Made by a program: the position numbers and the translations under genes
Part shown: positions 42,011 through 55,410 of the stretch, piece after piece
Layout of the letters: every line of letters starts with the position of its first letter
Position numbering within the stretch: position 1 is the first letter of the stretch
From: Octopus vulgaris
Lineage: Eukaryota
Direction of reading: 5' to 3'
DNA length: 64,000 nt
Assembly: GCA_951406725.2 (NCBI GenBank)
Contig: OX597814.1
Coordinates: forward strand, 144,832,001 to 144,896,000
The notes under the pieces: model-generated
Database searches by the model: none
Seen by the model: the letters and a program-made list of their open reading frames with translations, nothing else
What the model was told of the DNA's origin: nothing

Positions 42011-43189
42011 ATATGCTCCTTCTTATCATCATCAACCAATCTCGTCGTCGTCGGTCCCCTCCTTCTCATCATTAGCATCATCAACAACAACAGCAGTAGC
42101 AACTGTAGCAGCAGCAGCAGTAGCAGCCGTTCAAGACTTTGGACCTGGATATCTCCATTTCCAGCGACTTCGAGGGTCACCTCCCAGTGGTGTCGGGCGT
42201 CAACGAAGAGCCCTCGACTACAAAAAGACCACCAAAGTTTTTTTTGCGAAGGTCTGGGGTCTCCCGCCCCTAAGCCCTAGACCATCACCTAATCACTCTT
42301 ACCCGTCTTGTTGCTTAACAACAACAACAACAACAACAACAACAGCAGCAGCAGCAATATTTTTCTTTCGAGTAAAAGAAAAATAATCTCCAGGCAGTTT
42401 TGAATTCAGACTGAAAAGATACACAAAAACCAGAAAAGCAAGAACCCAAACTATCCTTTCACGAGAATACACTTGTACATAGAAGGAATATGTACAGTTT
42501 CCAAAAACGTTTTGCCTTGAAGTGCTAGGGAGGTCATTTCTTGTTCGAGACAAACCGTATGGGCACAGTTGGATTTCTTTCTCACGCATTCCTCCAGGTT
42601 TTCAAGAGTAATAATTTAGTGAAGTTATATCGAACAGATGTGTACGATAAGACGGATTTGGTTGTCAGTCGACGCCTTTCCGTTCATAAGGAAATGATAT
42701 AATGTGCAGTACGGTAAATGACTGACAACAAATCTTTTCCTCTCGCCGTTAACATCCTGATCTATTTCCACAAGCATTAGTTGAATTGGAAGACGACAGT
42801 GAATAATCTGGTGCTGTCCTCAAGTAAATTCCCTCAAAGGTAAGTGTGAGTGACGAAATGGTTGAGCGAATGCTACGAATGTATTCGATCTGAGTATGCA
42901 TCTGAAGACTGTGGACAGAATTTGTTAGTTGGGGCAGTCCGGGATTTGTTTAGGGTTGATATGGTAAACGCAACTGTGAGGACCGAAATCAACGCGTTTA
43001 CCTTCTGACCAACCCACCTCTTCTGCGCCTTTTCATGTAGCTGAGACTACTGTGCAGATTACGAAACACTTCATTCTTCAATAATGTTTCCTAAACGGAC
43101 ATCAGCCACACGTAATCTACCGCAGTAATTTCCTTTCTCATGGAGGCTAACGTAGGAGGGAAAAACTAATTACATCTTCACAATCACTT

Positions 43190-43670
43190 AACAACATCAT
43201 TATCATTATGATCACCATTACCGCTAGCTGATCTACCGCAACCATCACTAGCACATCCACTGTCGTTGTCGTCGTCATCATTTCCATTGTCGTCGTGGAG
43301 ACCATCATCATTATCGTTAACAGCACTACCACTACCACTACCACCATCACTGCTACCACTTCTCCATCATTCATTATCATCGCCGTCGTTGAGGTTGTCA
43401 TCATCGTAATCATCGGCATTATTATCATTAACGCCAACAGCACCGCCATTACCACCACCACCACTGTCTCCATTACTGTCGCTGTCACCATGACCACCAT
43501 CACCCATATCATTCTCATTATAAACATCATCATCACTACTACCGTCTTTACAGCCATCACAATCATCACCACTATCCTTGTCATTATCATCTGTATCATG
43601 ATGACGATCACCACCACCACCACCACCGCCTCCTACACCACCACCACCATCACAGCTATGACGATAATGC
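43190..43670. repeat. Degenerate (CAT/CAC)n trinucleotide region
   Basis: Direct reading. Confidence 0.9.
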
Positions 43671-43800
43671 TCGTTTCAGAACATTTGAGTGGATACGCCA
43701 CTGACTTTTAGTTGGAAAATAAAAATAAAAATAAAATAAAACTCTGTCTAAAACCTAGTCATATCAGTTAGTCAGTGAGACAAGCAATCAATACAACAGC

Positions 43801-43867
<67 letters not shown>

Positions 43868-44390
43868 CGTCATGGAAAACTACGTCATAGGACGTTGGTG
43901 ATCTTAATTGGTTAGCTAATGACGAAGTTATGAGAGAAAAATTACTTTCATTTTCATTCAAACGACTCATCAGAATTGATAAATGGCTGGAAAATGAAAT
44001 TGGATTTTCTATATCTGTGTAATGAAGTTAGTTGAAGTTAGTTTCTAATCATATGTCAGCGCTTACTCGATATCTTTACTTTTGCTGCTTGTCTATGGCA
44101 GTAGGTTAGGGTTAGTTACATAGAATATTTATCTTTCTTCTATTCCATAGTATTTTTTTTTTGATGTTGTAATGAACTGTGTAAACAAACGATATCGTCA
44201 AAGAACGATAATAGATAAGAAAGACTTTATATATGTATAAAGTTGCTCTTATCTAGATATATGTATACAAACATTCACACGCTTATATATAAGTGTTTGT
44301 ATAAGTGTGGGTGTATGTTTATGTATGAGTATATACACACGCACACACACACACACACATGCACTACTGTGTGCGTGTATCTCTCTCTCC

Positions 44391-44442
<52 letters not shown>

Positions 44443-44885
44443 TTCTAAGAATATATTAACTCTCTAACCAGGAGGAAAAAGTGTGTGATAATTCGTATTA
44501 GAAATTCTGAATGACGTCATATCAGCCATCCATTCATTCATTCACTCGTGAATATAAACCAATCAGGTTGTCGCTACGTGTTGAGTGGAACGACTGAGCA
44601 GTCCATTCGCTCTTATAAAAAAAAAAAAAACTGATCTTTAAAAATGAAAAAAAAAAATTGAAACAAAACAAATACAAACTGCAAATGTACACGCCAAAAT
44701 AATTCGATAGCATAAATGGAGGAATGGATCTGTGACTGGAAAGCTGGTTGCATATTCTGTTAAATATATCACTACATGTGTGTGTGTGCGCGCACGTTTA
44801 TGAGTGCGTGGGTGTATATATATATATATATAGGGTGGTGCTCCAGCATGGCCACAGTCAAATGACTGAAACAAGTAAAAGAGAG

Positions 44886-44924
<39 letters not shown>

Positions 44925-45040
44925 ATATGTATATATATATATACACAGTTATATATTGATATGTATATTTGTATATATACACGCATATAAACAATTCTTT
45001 TTAAGTAAACAAGTGAATGATTTATATATCTATCTATCTG

Positions 45041-45127
<87 letters not shown>

Positions 45128-45643
45128 GTCTGTATGTCTGTCTATCTGTCTGTCTGTCTATCTATCTATATATCTATCTATATATCTATTTGTCTATCAC
45201 TATTAGCCACATAGTTATCTAGTGAGTGATACATATATTCGTGTAGGTATACACATATATAACTATCCTTTATATATATATATGCGTACACGTAGAGAGA
45301 GACAGCGAAAGAGAAACTGAGAGAAAGAGATGGATAGAAAATTGATAACAGACTATACGTAAATCCTCATTTACTAAATAATCTAAAATGCTCCACATTT
45401 TATTTTCCTCTTTCACAGAGGGAAATTAATATACGTTTATCGATGAAAACTAGTTTCCTTATCTTGATTCTTCTAAATTTGTACATATAGATTCATTCCT
45501 TCAACCAGACAATGTATTTATCATTCCAGTGACTAAGTCATTCAATCCTTCATTCACTTTACATTCACTCTTTCAAACCTTACTCACACTCTCGCAGTGC
45601 CAACCATCCACACTTAATCCCAATATGTCTGTTTCTCTCTCTA

Positions 45644-45861
45644 GGGCGGCAATCTGGCAGAATCGTTAGCATAGCGGGCAAAATGGTTAGCGGCATTTCG
45701 TCCGTCTATACGTTCTGAGTTTAAATTCTGCCGAGGTCGACTTTGTCCTTCATCCTTTCGTGATCGATAAAATAAGTACTAGTATAGTACTAGGGTAGAT
45801 ATAATCGATTCCACTGCTATACTTCCTCGGAATTGCTAGCCTTGTGTCAAAATTTGAAACT
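45644..45861 (+). mobile_element. SINE family A
   Basis: Matches the consensus; AATATGTCTGT occurs on both sides. Confidence 0.82.
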
Positions 45862-45929
45862 AATATGTCTGTCTATGTATCAGTGTGTGTGCCTGCCTCT
45901 GTCTATGTCTATTTGTCTCTCTGTCTCTG

Positions 45930-46006
<77 letters not shown>

Positions 46007-47073
46007 TATACATACAAACATATGCACAAACACATTTAATGCGATCTACTGCCCTGGTACTCTGGAATTTCCTCAATGTGCCGCTGCTTCCTCAGACATG
46101 CTTAACTGGTTTGAGCACGGCATGGAATCTCCAGAAGATTGGTCACTGGCCACCTTAACTAAACTATTGAACTCTACATTGAATTACACACACACACACA
46201 CACACAGACACACACACACACATTCACAACACACACACACACAAATAGACACACAGATATGGATATAAATCCACATACATATTATAAATGCAAATATATT
46301 GCATACATAATATATGCACAAACGCATATTTGCATGTATGTGCATGTATAAAAATATATTAACAGAATATTCAATTATCCTTTCAGTCAATGGTCCGACC
46401 ATCCATGCGTCATCCATCCGTTAAAGGGAAAAACGTCGATACAACAATTCGGTACAACATTTACGTGATTTTTTTTTATCGCAATTTGTAAAGATGGCAG
46501 TTGCTTTTGTAAGGAAGATGGAGTTGCTTTTGTCTGTTAACTTGTTCCATTCAACACGTAGCATTCACCACCCGTCATTCGTGCAAATTCACAAATGAAT
46601 GACAGACCGATATGACAACATTCTCAATTAATAATTTGAAATATCTCAAGTAAGGTGTTCTTTGATAGAGAAGCAATCGACTCTTAGGAGGAAAAATGGT
46701 ACTAGTTAAAACTTCAAAAAGTACCAACAATTTTGTTGGAGATCTACTAGATGTCTACAAGATCTGTACACAATATAAAAAAGTATATACTTATGTGATA
46801 GCATTAGCATATATTATTTTTATAACGGTATGTCTGAGTGTTAGATTGTCTCAAGATAATACTTTACAGATTTTTTGTGTCCTTATGCTACAATCTGATT
46901 CGACTTATATACGGGTTGACTTCGTTTCAAGAGGGGTCAATTTTATTTGATTTTCATTTCAGGAATTGTTAAATTAAATATCTCTAAAGCACTGAACACC
47001 ACAACCAAAGCGTACGTGTGGATTTTGATTGATTGTGAGTACGCACCCGCACACACAAACAGGTACACACACA

Positions 47074-47112
<39 letters not shown>

Positions 47113-47159
47113 TCTTTCTTTGCTATAGCAACAGCAATAGCCAGTTGTAATGTCACTAA

Positions 47160-47976
47160 TGTATATACACGATATTGTCACTGGCATAAAAATATGGGTA
47201 CGAGGTTTCTTAGAGCAGAATCATTGATCTTTTCATCAGCTTTGTAGAATTTTATATGCACTTTCTTTCTATCGGAAGCCAAAAAACCAAAAGCCATAAC
47301 TTGAGCAGGATGTTTTGTTTTGAATGTCCCCTTAACCTCAGCTGTTGATTTTGCAATAAATCTGTTATTTCTGTGGTTCAGAACAGCATCGACAGTAAAG
47401 ATCTTTTCATCTGAAAAGATCGTTACAATGGAGGACTTTTCTTGAATCATGTAATAATTTTCTTGCACCTTTCCAATCTCTTTTCCTTCAAGTGTTTTGG
47501 TGCTCTTGTGTAAGATTTTAACCTAAAATCATATTTTACTGCATTTCTAATTGTCTTGTTGACTACTCAAGTTCAATTGACATTTTTCTCATGGATTTGG
47601 TTGGATCTTTTAGGATTTTGGATTTGAGAGCTTTCATAAAAGCTTTGGTACGTTTTTGTTGATTCCTCCACTTCCAGATCTCCTCATAATAGTTTTGCTC
47701 ATAGTCATTCTATTCTTTATATTATAAACAGTCTTTATGGAAACCCCAACTATTCTTGAAATCTCCTTTGGTGTGACGAGTGCATCAGCAAATCACACAC
47801 TCTTTGACGTTTGCTTTCCTGATTGCTCATATGGGCAAAAGTTTCTGAAAAGGTAAGGATAATAGTTTTAGGTATGGTTATGACATCGATATATGCTAGG
47901 TTTTAAAACAATTAAAGTAGTGCCTGCTGAGAAAAAACAACTTAGTATTCATTGTAAATTTTGTTTCCTCACCCTG
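47160..47976 (-). mobile_element. 3'-truncated Tc1/mariner-superfamily (maT/DD37D-like) transposon
   Basis: TA|CAGGGTG terminus; MSNQESKRQRVCDLL..TPKEISRIVGVSIKTVYNIK; IFSDEKIFTVDAVLNHRNNR...KHPAQVMAFG. Confidence 0.85.
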
Positions 47977-48550
47977 TATATATAATGTTAGGTCACTTCA
48001 GAGCGCTGCTAATAAATTGCAAGCAACCTGTTGCAGAATTGGTTCATTATTGACTAAATCACCACCTTGGTAACAGTGATTGCTGCAGCTCAGAAAGACA
48101 AAAAGAAAAGAAAAAGGAAAAAAAACCACCCTCTCCCCCGCAGAAAAAGCCCACAATGCTCTCTGTAAGGCCAAAGAAAATCTAAGTATAGATTTTCATC
48201 CTCCCAGTGATTTGATAAAATAATGTGTGAAAGCTTCGATTTTTAACTGCCTATGATAGATATATCTGTTCACTGAAAATTTGTTGCAGTTGATTAATAA
48301 ATAGTAATAACACGTATCTATGTACGATTGTAAAGCAGACGGTTCTATGGCAACTGATACCAGGACATCTAATTCCTGGACAACTCGTGTCAGATAACTC
48401 AAACCTGGACAATTGATATCTATGACAACTGATAAATAGGACAATTCATAACAGATATAAAGTGAGGAAGGTTTAATTTTGAAAGAAATTTTGTGTTTGT
48501 CTGGTGCGTGTATGTCTGTGTGTGCTTGTGCATGATGTGTATTGTGTGTA

Positions 48551-48601
<51 letters not shown>

Positions 48602-48698
48602 TATGTGTGTATGCGTGTGTGTATATGTGGCGCGTGTGTGGTGTGTTTTTGTGTGTGTGCTTGTGTATGTGTGTGAGCGTGAGTGTGATGTGTGTTGT

Positions 48699-49151
48699 GT
48701 ATGCCAGTTTTACTGGATATTCCAGCGTATATATTTGGTATATCAGTGCTACTGTGTATGCCAGCGTATATATCTGGTATACCAGTGCTACAGGGTATGC
48801 CAGCATATATATCTGGCATACCAGTTTTACTAGGTATGCCAGCGTATATATCTGGCGTACCACTGTTACTGGGTATATTAGTGTATATATCTAGTATTCC
48901 AACGCTACAGGGTGCCAGCGTATATATCTGGTATTCCAGTGTTACTGGGTAGGCCAGTGTATATATCTAGTATTCCAGTGTTAGGTGTGCTAGCATGCAT
49001 ATCGTGTATACCAGTGCTACGGGGTGCGCCACCGTATATACTGGCATACAGGTGTTACTTGGTGCGCCAGCGTATATATCTGGTATACCGATGTTTCTAG
49101 GTATACCAGCATATATACCTAGTATACCAGCGTGTATAGCTGGTATACCAG
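48699..49151. repeat. 39-bp minisatellite, about 11-12 diverged units
   Basis: Consensus ACCAGTGCTACTGGGTATGCCAGCGTATATATCTGGTAT; produces the 13-aa periodic ORFs in the track. Confidence 0.9.
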
Positions 49152-50001
49152 ATATTTATGCTTGTGTTTACCTTAATTTACCTTAATTACGGTAATATTT
49201 GTATGTATAAAATAGGCAAAATCTTGGAATGGCTATCCCTTTTTCATGGGGAAAGAAACAGGTATAGATTTGGATAGGTGAGGTTGTAAAATTAGAAATT
49301 TTTAGAAAAATAATTCTTTTATAATCATAATTGTCGTTGTATAAAACACAGGAATATTAAAAAAGCTAAAAAATATAAACATGTAGGAAAAGAAATCATC
49401 CACTTCATTGTCTCTGTCCATTTCCAAGAGATAGTTATAGTTATTCCTATACTCCACCTATGTATGTATGTATGTATGTATGTATGTATGTATGTATGTA
49501 TGTATGTATAAATGGATGGATGGATGGATGGATGTAGGGATGGTGTTATGTGAGGAGAATTATCATTATCTCAAAATCTAAATCGCTTATGTATGAATTG
49601 TGGTCTCGTAGTCTCGTGGTTGCTTATGTGTCGATAGTTCGGCGTCAGTTGATGCACCTCTGTAGTAATAACCAAATTTAAATAACTAAGTTTGTGAGAT
49701 GCCGTCTCTAATGTTGTGCTTAATCTATTCTGAGTAGTGAATTGGAACAGAATCAGCTCTCCCAAAGCACGCTGAGTATTGTACGATATGGACGACTACA
49801 TCAAACATGCAATAATCTCGATAGATTAAGTCGGTTTCCATTAACACCAATTGTATACTGACGAAAATTCTTGTTTGTATATATGCAATGGTGCATGCAT
49901 GAGTCTACGTTATTAACATGGATATAAAACTGTACGTGTACGTGTGTGTGCGCGTGTGTATGTGTGAATGTGTGAGTGTGTATGTATACATATATATGTA
50001 G

Positions 50002-50035
<34 letters not shown>

Positions 50036-50079
50036 TCGTATGAGTGTACGTATAAATGTCTGTGTGTGTGTGTATATGG

Positions 50080-50115
<36 letters not shown>

Positions 50116-50245
50116 ACATGTGTATATATATGTATATATATGTATATATAGATTTGTGTGCGATATCTAATCTATCTAAATATATATATTAGCTTTCTTT
50201 CTTAGTATCAACGTGTGTATGTGAATGTTTATGTATGTGTATGTG

Positions 50246-50276
<31 letters not shown>

Positions 50277-51013
50277 TATACATACACACACACATGTACG
50301 AGTACTTATATGCACGCGTAAATATACGTGTGTCTAAGTGAATACATACATACATACATATATGGGAACATGCACATAAACACACACACAGACACACACA
50401 CACACACACACATTCTCTCTCTCTCCCACACACATTTTTATAAGAAACTGAACCGTACTTGGAAATGACAGTCAATGTATATACAATGACATACACAGAA
50501 TACACACACACACGCACACGTCTCTCCCCAAACATTCTCTCTATCCTCGTCTCTCTCACTCGCACTCACTCTCCCTCTCTAATATATTTCTTTATTACGT
50601 ATATCGAATATTTATTCTTTCCATAGTATTTCTTCACCAGCGGCTTATGTCGCTGCACCGAATAATTTATAATTATTCTTAAGTATTTGTCGAGTACTTT
50701 CAGTGAGTTATACTCCGATTAAATTGAGTTAAAATGTATTCTGTAGAGTCCATGTCAATCTTACTGTCACCCTTCCTCTTTCTCTCTCTCAAACACACAC
50801 ACTTGTATTGATAACTACCCATCTAAACGACCGTATATTTACATTGCTATCGAAGTACTTATGAACGCATAAACCGTACAAATGTTTATAGTCTTATAAA
50901 CACATTCATTGCTACATAAATACATACTTACTAGCATAAGCCTACTTATACTTATGTCTGTACACACTGACTTTGCGAATGTATGTATACTTATATTTAT
51001 ATATTGGTTTTCG

Positions 51014-51266
51014 CTTATTTGCTTCAGTCATTTGACTGCGGCCATGCTGGAGCACCGCCTTTAGTCGAACAGATCGACCCCAGGACGTATTCTTTTGTAA
51101 GCCTAGTACTTAATCTATCGATCTCTTTGGATCTAGTTTTTTTTTCATTCGCAAAATATGCATTTTTTTTAAAGACAGTAACCGCTAAGTTACGGGGACA
51201 TAAACACACCAACATCGGTTTTCAAGCGATGGTGGTGGTGGTGGGGTGGCAAACACACACACACGA

Positions 51267-51319
<53 letters not shown>

Positions 51320-51737
51320 GCGAGAGTTCACGAAAAAAACAAAAGACGAAGACAGGTGGCGTACAAAACAAACAGATGTATTAGTATAACGTTCAGGAAT
51401 AGAAAAAGTCTTTTACGTTTCGAGCCTACGCTCTTCTACAGAAAGGGACACAAAAAACAAGGAGAGAAAAAAATATGTGTAGTGGCTAACGATCTATCAT
51501 GGCGACTGACTCGGACAGAAGGGTCACACACGAGAGGGAAAGTAGGGGAGATAACAAAGTAAAGATGACCCCCCATAGGACGGGCATCTTTCAGTTTCCG
51601 TCTACCAAATCCACTCACAAAGCTTTGGTTGGCCCCAGGCTATAGTAGAAGACACTTGCTCAAGGTGTTACGAAGTGGGACTGAACCCGGAACCATGTGG
51701 TTGGTAAGCTAGCTACTTAACATATAACCGCTCCTAC
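51014..51737 (-). mobile_element. SINE B with an HH-1 element (51320-51576; hammerhead-like motif 51410-51445) in its central (TA)n
   Basis: SINE halves 51014-51270 and 51577-51737; minus strand CTTT-CTGTAGA-A-GAGC-GTAG-GCTC-GAAAC-GTA-AAAG. Confidence 0.82.
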
Positions 51738-52004
51738 TTATATCCATATTTTTTTGTTTTCACTCTTGTGACGATATAGGATTTCCAAACCCTTTTATAT
51801 AACGATGAATATTTATCTATTTGCGTATAAATCGTCTTGTTTTTTTTTCCAGATACATACATAATAATGACGAATATTAATAAAAAAAACATTTGCCTGA
51901 AGCCGAGAATCAGCCACATTCTCCCCATCACAATTTCAGTGAACCATTGGCTGGCCCGTTAAAAACCTGTAACGGACGACGCTTTCGTACGCAAATATAT
52001 AAAT

Positions 52005-52046
<42 letters not shown>

Positions 52047-52188
52047 GCACGCACACATACACACACAACACACACACACACACACACGCACACACAGAAC
52101 GGAAAATGTTATCTTAATGATTGTGTTTCGACAGTTAGATTGGATTTAACATGTTTGTATAATGTGATAAATTAGCGCGCGAGCGCGT

Positions 52189-52232
<44 letters not shown>

Positions 52233-52234
<2 letters not shown>

Positions 52235-52500
52235 GCACTCCATCGGTTACGATGATGAGAGTTCCAGCTGATCCGATCAACGGAACAGCCTCTTCGTGAA
52301 ATTAACGAGCAAGCGGCTGAGCATTCCACACACATGTGTACCCTTAACATAGTTTTCAGGGAGATTCAGCGTGACACAGAGTGTGATAAGGCCGACCCTT
52401 TGAATTACAAGTGCAGTTCATTTTTGCCAGCTGCATAGACTGGAGCAATGTGGAATAAAGTGTCTTGCTCAAGAACACAACCTGCTGCCGCGAATCGAAC
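52233..52500 (-). mobile_element. Third SINE family (C), 5'-truncated at the B box
   Basis: Minus strand GTTCGATTC...TTGTGTTCTTGAGCAAGACACTTTATTCCACATTGCTCCAGTC...; lies between (CA)n tracts. Confidence 0.65.
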
Positions 52501-52888
52501 ACACACACACACACACAATTTAATCCACACAGTATAAAGATGAGAGAGACTAATAGTTTCTTGCTGTGAAGACACGTAGATAGGCAGGTTTGTATAACGG
52601 GCCTTTTGTCTCCAATGAATTCTTGTACTCTTAGAGTATAGTCTGTTGAATCTGAAAAGTTGGAATAAATAAGGTTAAGCATTTTGTCCGATGTGCTGCC
52701 AGTTTTGTCATTTGGCCGCCTTTGGGTTCAAACTTTGGCCAGCAGTTTTAGGAGTGGGCGGAGTTTAGTGGATTACATAAAGACTAATATTTCACTTGCA
52801 CTTTATTTTTATCGACCCTGAAAGAATGAAATGCAAAGTGGACTTCAACGTGAATTGAACTCAGACCGAAAAGGTCGGATACAAATAC

Positions 52889-53108
52889 CTATTTCTTTAT
52901 TACCCACAAGGGGCTAAACATAGAGGGGACAAACAAGGACAGACAAACTGATTAAGTCGACTACATCGACCCCAGTGCGTAACTGGTACTTAATTTATCG
53001 ACCCCGAAAGTCGACCTCGGCGGAATTTGAACTTACAACGTAACGGCAGACGAAATACCGCTAAGCATTTCGCCCGGCGTGCTAACGTTTCTGCCAGCTC
53101 GCCGCCTT
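52889..53108 (-). mobile_element. Young SINE A within older SINE A debris (52680-53390)
   Basis: Near-consensus sequence; GATACAAATACC at 52878-52889 and 53121-53132. Confidence 0.85.
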
Positions 53109-55410
53109 CTATACAAATCTGATACAAATACCGCAAGGCAGTTTGTCTGATACTTTAACAAGATTGCTATGTTACCATCTTTGATTTCAATCATAGTCTC
53201 AAAGCCAGAAATAAGTACTGAGAGAGATAGTCGATTCTTCCGACCGTAGAACTTGACAAGTACTTTATTTTATCAACTGCCAGCGGATAAAAGGCGAAGT
53301 TGAACTCGCTGGAACTTGAATTCAGAACGTAAAGAGCTGGAAGAAATATCACGATGCAGTTTTTCTGATGCTCTGGCGATTCTGTTAATATAGTTGAGTG
53401 TAGACTGCAGTCACTATAATTCCTAGAAGTACAATTCAATTATAGCTGGATATTGACCAATAATTTATATAATAAATAAATTGGACTTCATTATTTCCAA
53501 TGTCTTGCAACAGAAATAGGCACAGAAGTGCTAAACATGGCAATTAAGAAAAATTATTAGGGTTTAATAAACATTATTATCATTTTGGCTTGTTAGCGAT
53601 TTGCCAACTAACGCATTATAGAGAATCTTGTTTAAAAATATACATTATGTGGCGCTAGAAAATGAGATTAATTGATAATTAATTTGGTTAGTTGTGGCTC
53701 TATTTTATCATAGGAGGCTATAACTTACTTTTAATTGATTGATTACTCATGATTATTTTTTTATAACGTCTCAAAAAGAAGAGGGATAGTTAGTGAAATT
53801 TATACAACTGATGTTAATTTTGAACATCTGTAATTCGATGTCCATGGTAAAAAAAAAAGTGTGTAACTAAATAATGTAGGAAGTTTACAATTCCGGAGTC
53901 TAAGATGTGAATCAGCGTAGACATATAATTAACATTGAAATAATGGTTCTTTGCTTTGAGTCCTAGAATTTCATACATTTATATTACGTACTGTCAGTGG
54001 TGTATAACAGTATAACAGCTTCATTCTGAAATTCGTATAACAGCTATCGCCTGAATAGCTAATTGTTTGTTCTGAGTGAATATGAAAACATTTCTAATTT
54101 TCTCGCGTAGCGTGTTGATGAATGTTTTAAAATTTGGATGGAATGTGTCTCTATTGAGATGTGATAATAAGTTCTATTGTGCGCTTCGGCTATAACATGA
54201 AAAAATATGTATATAGGCACATGGAGAATTGTTTTATAGTTTATTCCAAAATGTCCCCAGTTCAAATAGGGCGATGAAATTGATATTAGAATTATCGTTA
54301 AAAATGGTTAAAGCAGATTAAATCGTTCTGCCGCGAGGAACAGACACAAAAATTTAACGTTTCGAGTCGTGAGCTTCGTCAGAGAGATGATTCCTGGTAG
54401 TCTCCAATATAACTACATTGCTTATCTCTCCCTCCTTGATTCGTATCACCTTATAAACCCCACGTTTATTCTTTACTATTTTGTGCTTTCATTTTTGCTT
54501 CTTTATTATTTCTTCTTCTACTTCGTCTTCTACTTCTTCTCTATCTGTTTCTCTCACTCTCATTACACCCAATTATCAATTTGTTTAACATCATCAGAAA
54601 ACACCACTCTCCGACGAAATTTATTCCTCTTTTCAACTGTTTATATTCACTAATTGCCGATGCAAGCCATCACTGGTGTCCGCAGAGCCTATTATTTACT
54701 TTGTTTTTTTTAAAAAAAAATAAAACAAAAAGAATTACCGTATTCTGTTGGAAAAGAATAAAAGACATCACACGACCCCATCCTCATATAGACCAAATAT
54801 ATTATGTTCTTAAACATTAAGTCTAGTTTCAGCAAAGGTAAATAAAAATACAAAAGAATTCCGCCTGATTGTGCATGGTTGCACAATCAGAGAATTCTTG
54901 TCATGAGGTTATGTGGATGAAAACATATTTAATGATTTAGAACATAAAAAAAATTTGCGAAAATAAAATCAAATATTCAATGAAGAAATGAGAGATATTT
55001 GTAGATTAATAATATTTATTTTTCATCAGTATTTACAAGAGAGAACATTAAGATTGCTTCATTACCGTTGGAGTTCAGCGACATTGTAGTGACAGCGTAA
55101 TTGTGTAGGTTGTTACTGTTGTAGTCATTTAACCCCGGACAAACCTGATTAAAAGGAGTTATAGCCAAAGGCATACCAAACATGACCACCTCTCTTTTTC
55201 ATTTACGAGACCTTATATATATGGTACTATAGCGTCTAAGTCCTTTCTTTTCTTATGACTATAGATGCAGTTTGAAAGAAATTTTGCTGTTGTTTCCAGC
55301 AAGTTGAATGATCGCGTTTGAGATCTACCTATTCACTCATGTGAAGTTTGTAGATAATGTTATAGATGTGAACTTTTGTAGTTCACCGAATGGCATCCTC
55401 ACTTCTGGAG

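Noticed and set aside
48699-49151. CRISPR-like look of the palindromic array, and its 13-aa repeat ORFs
   Set aside because: No unique spacers, no cas genes, eukaryotic context; the frame is broken by unit-length changes.
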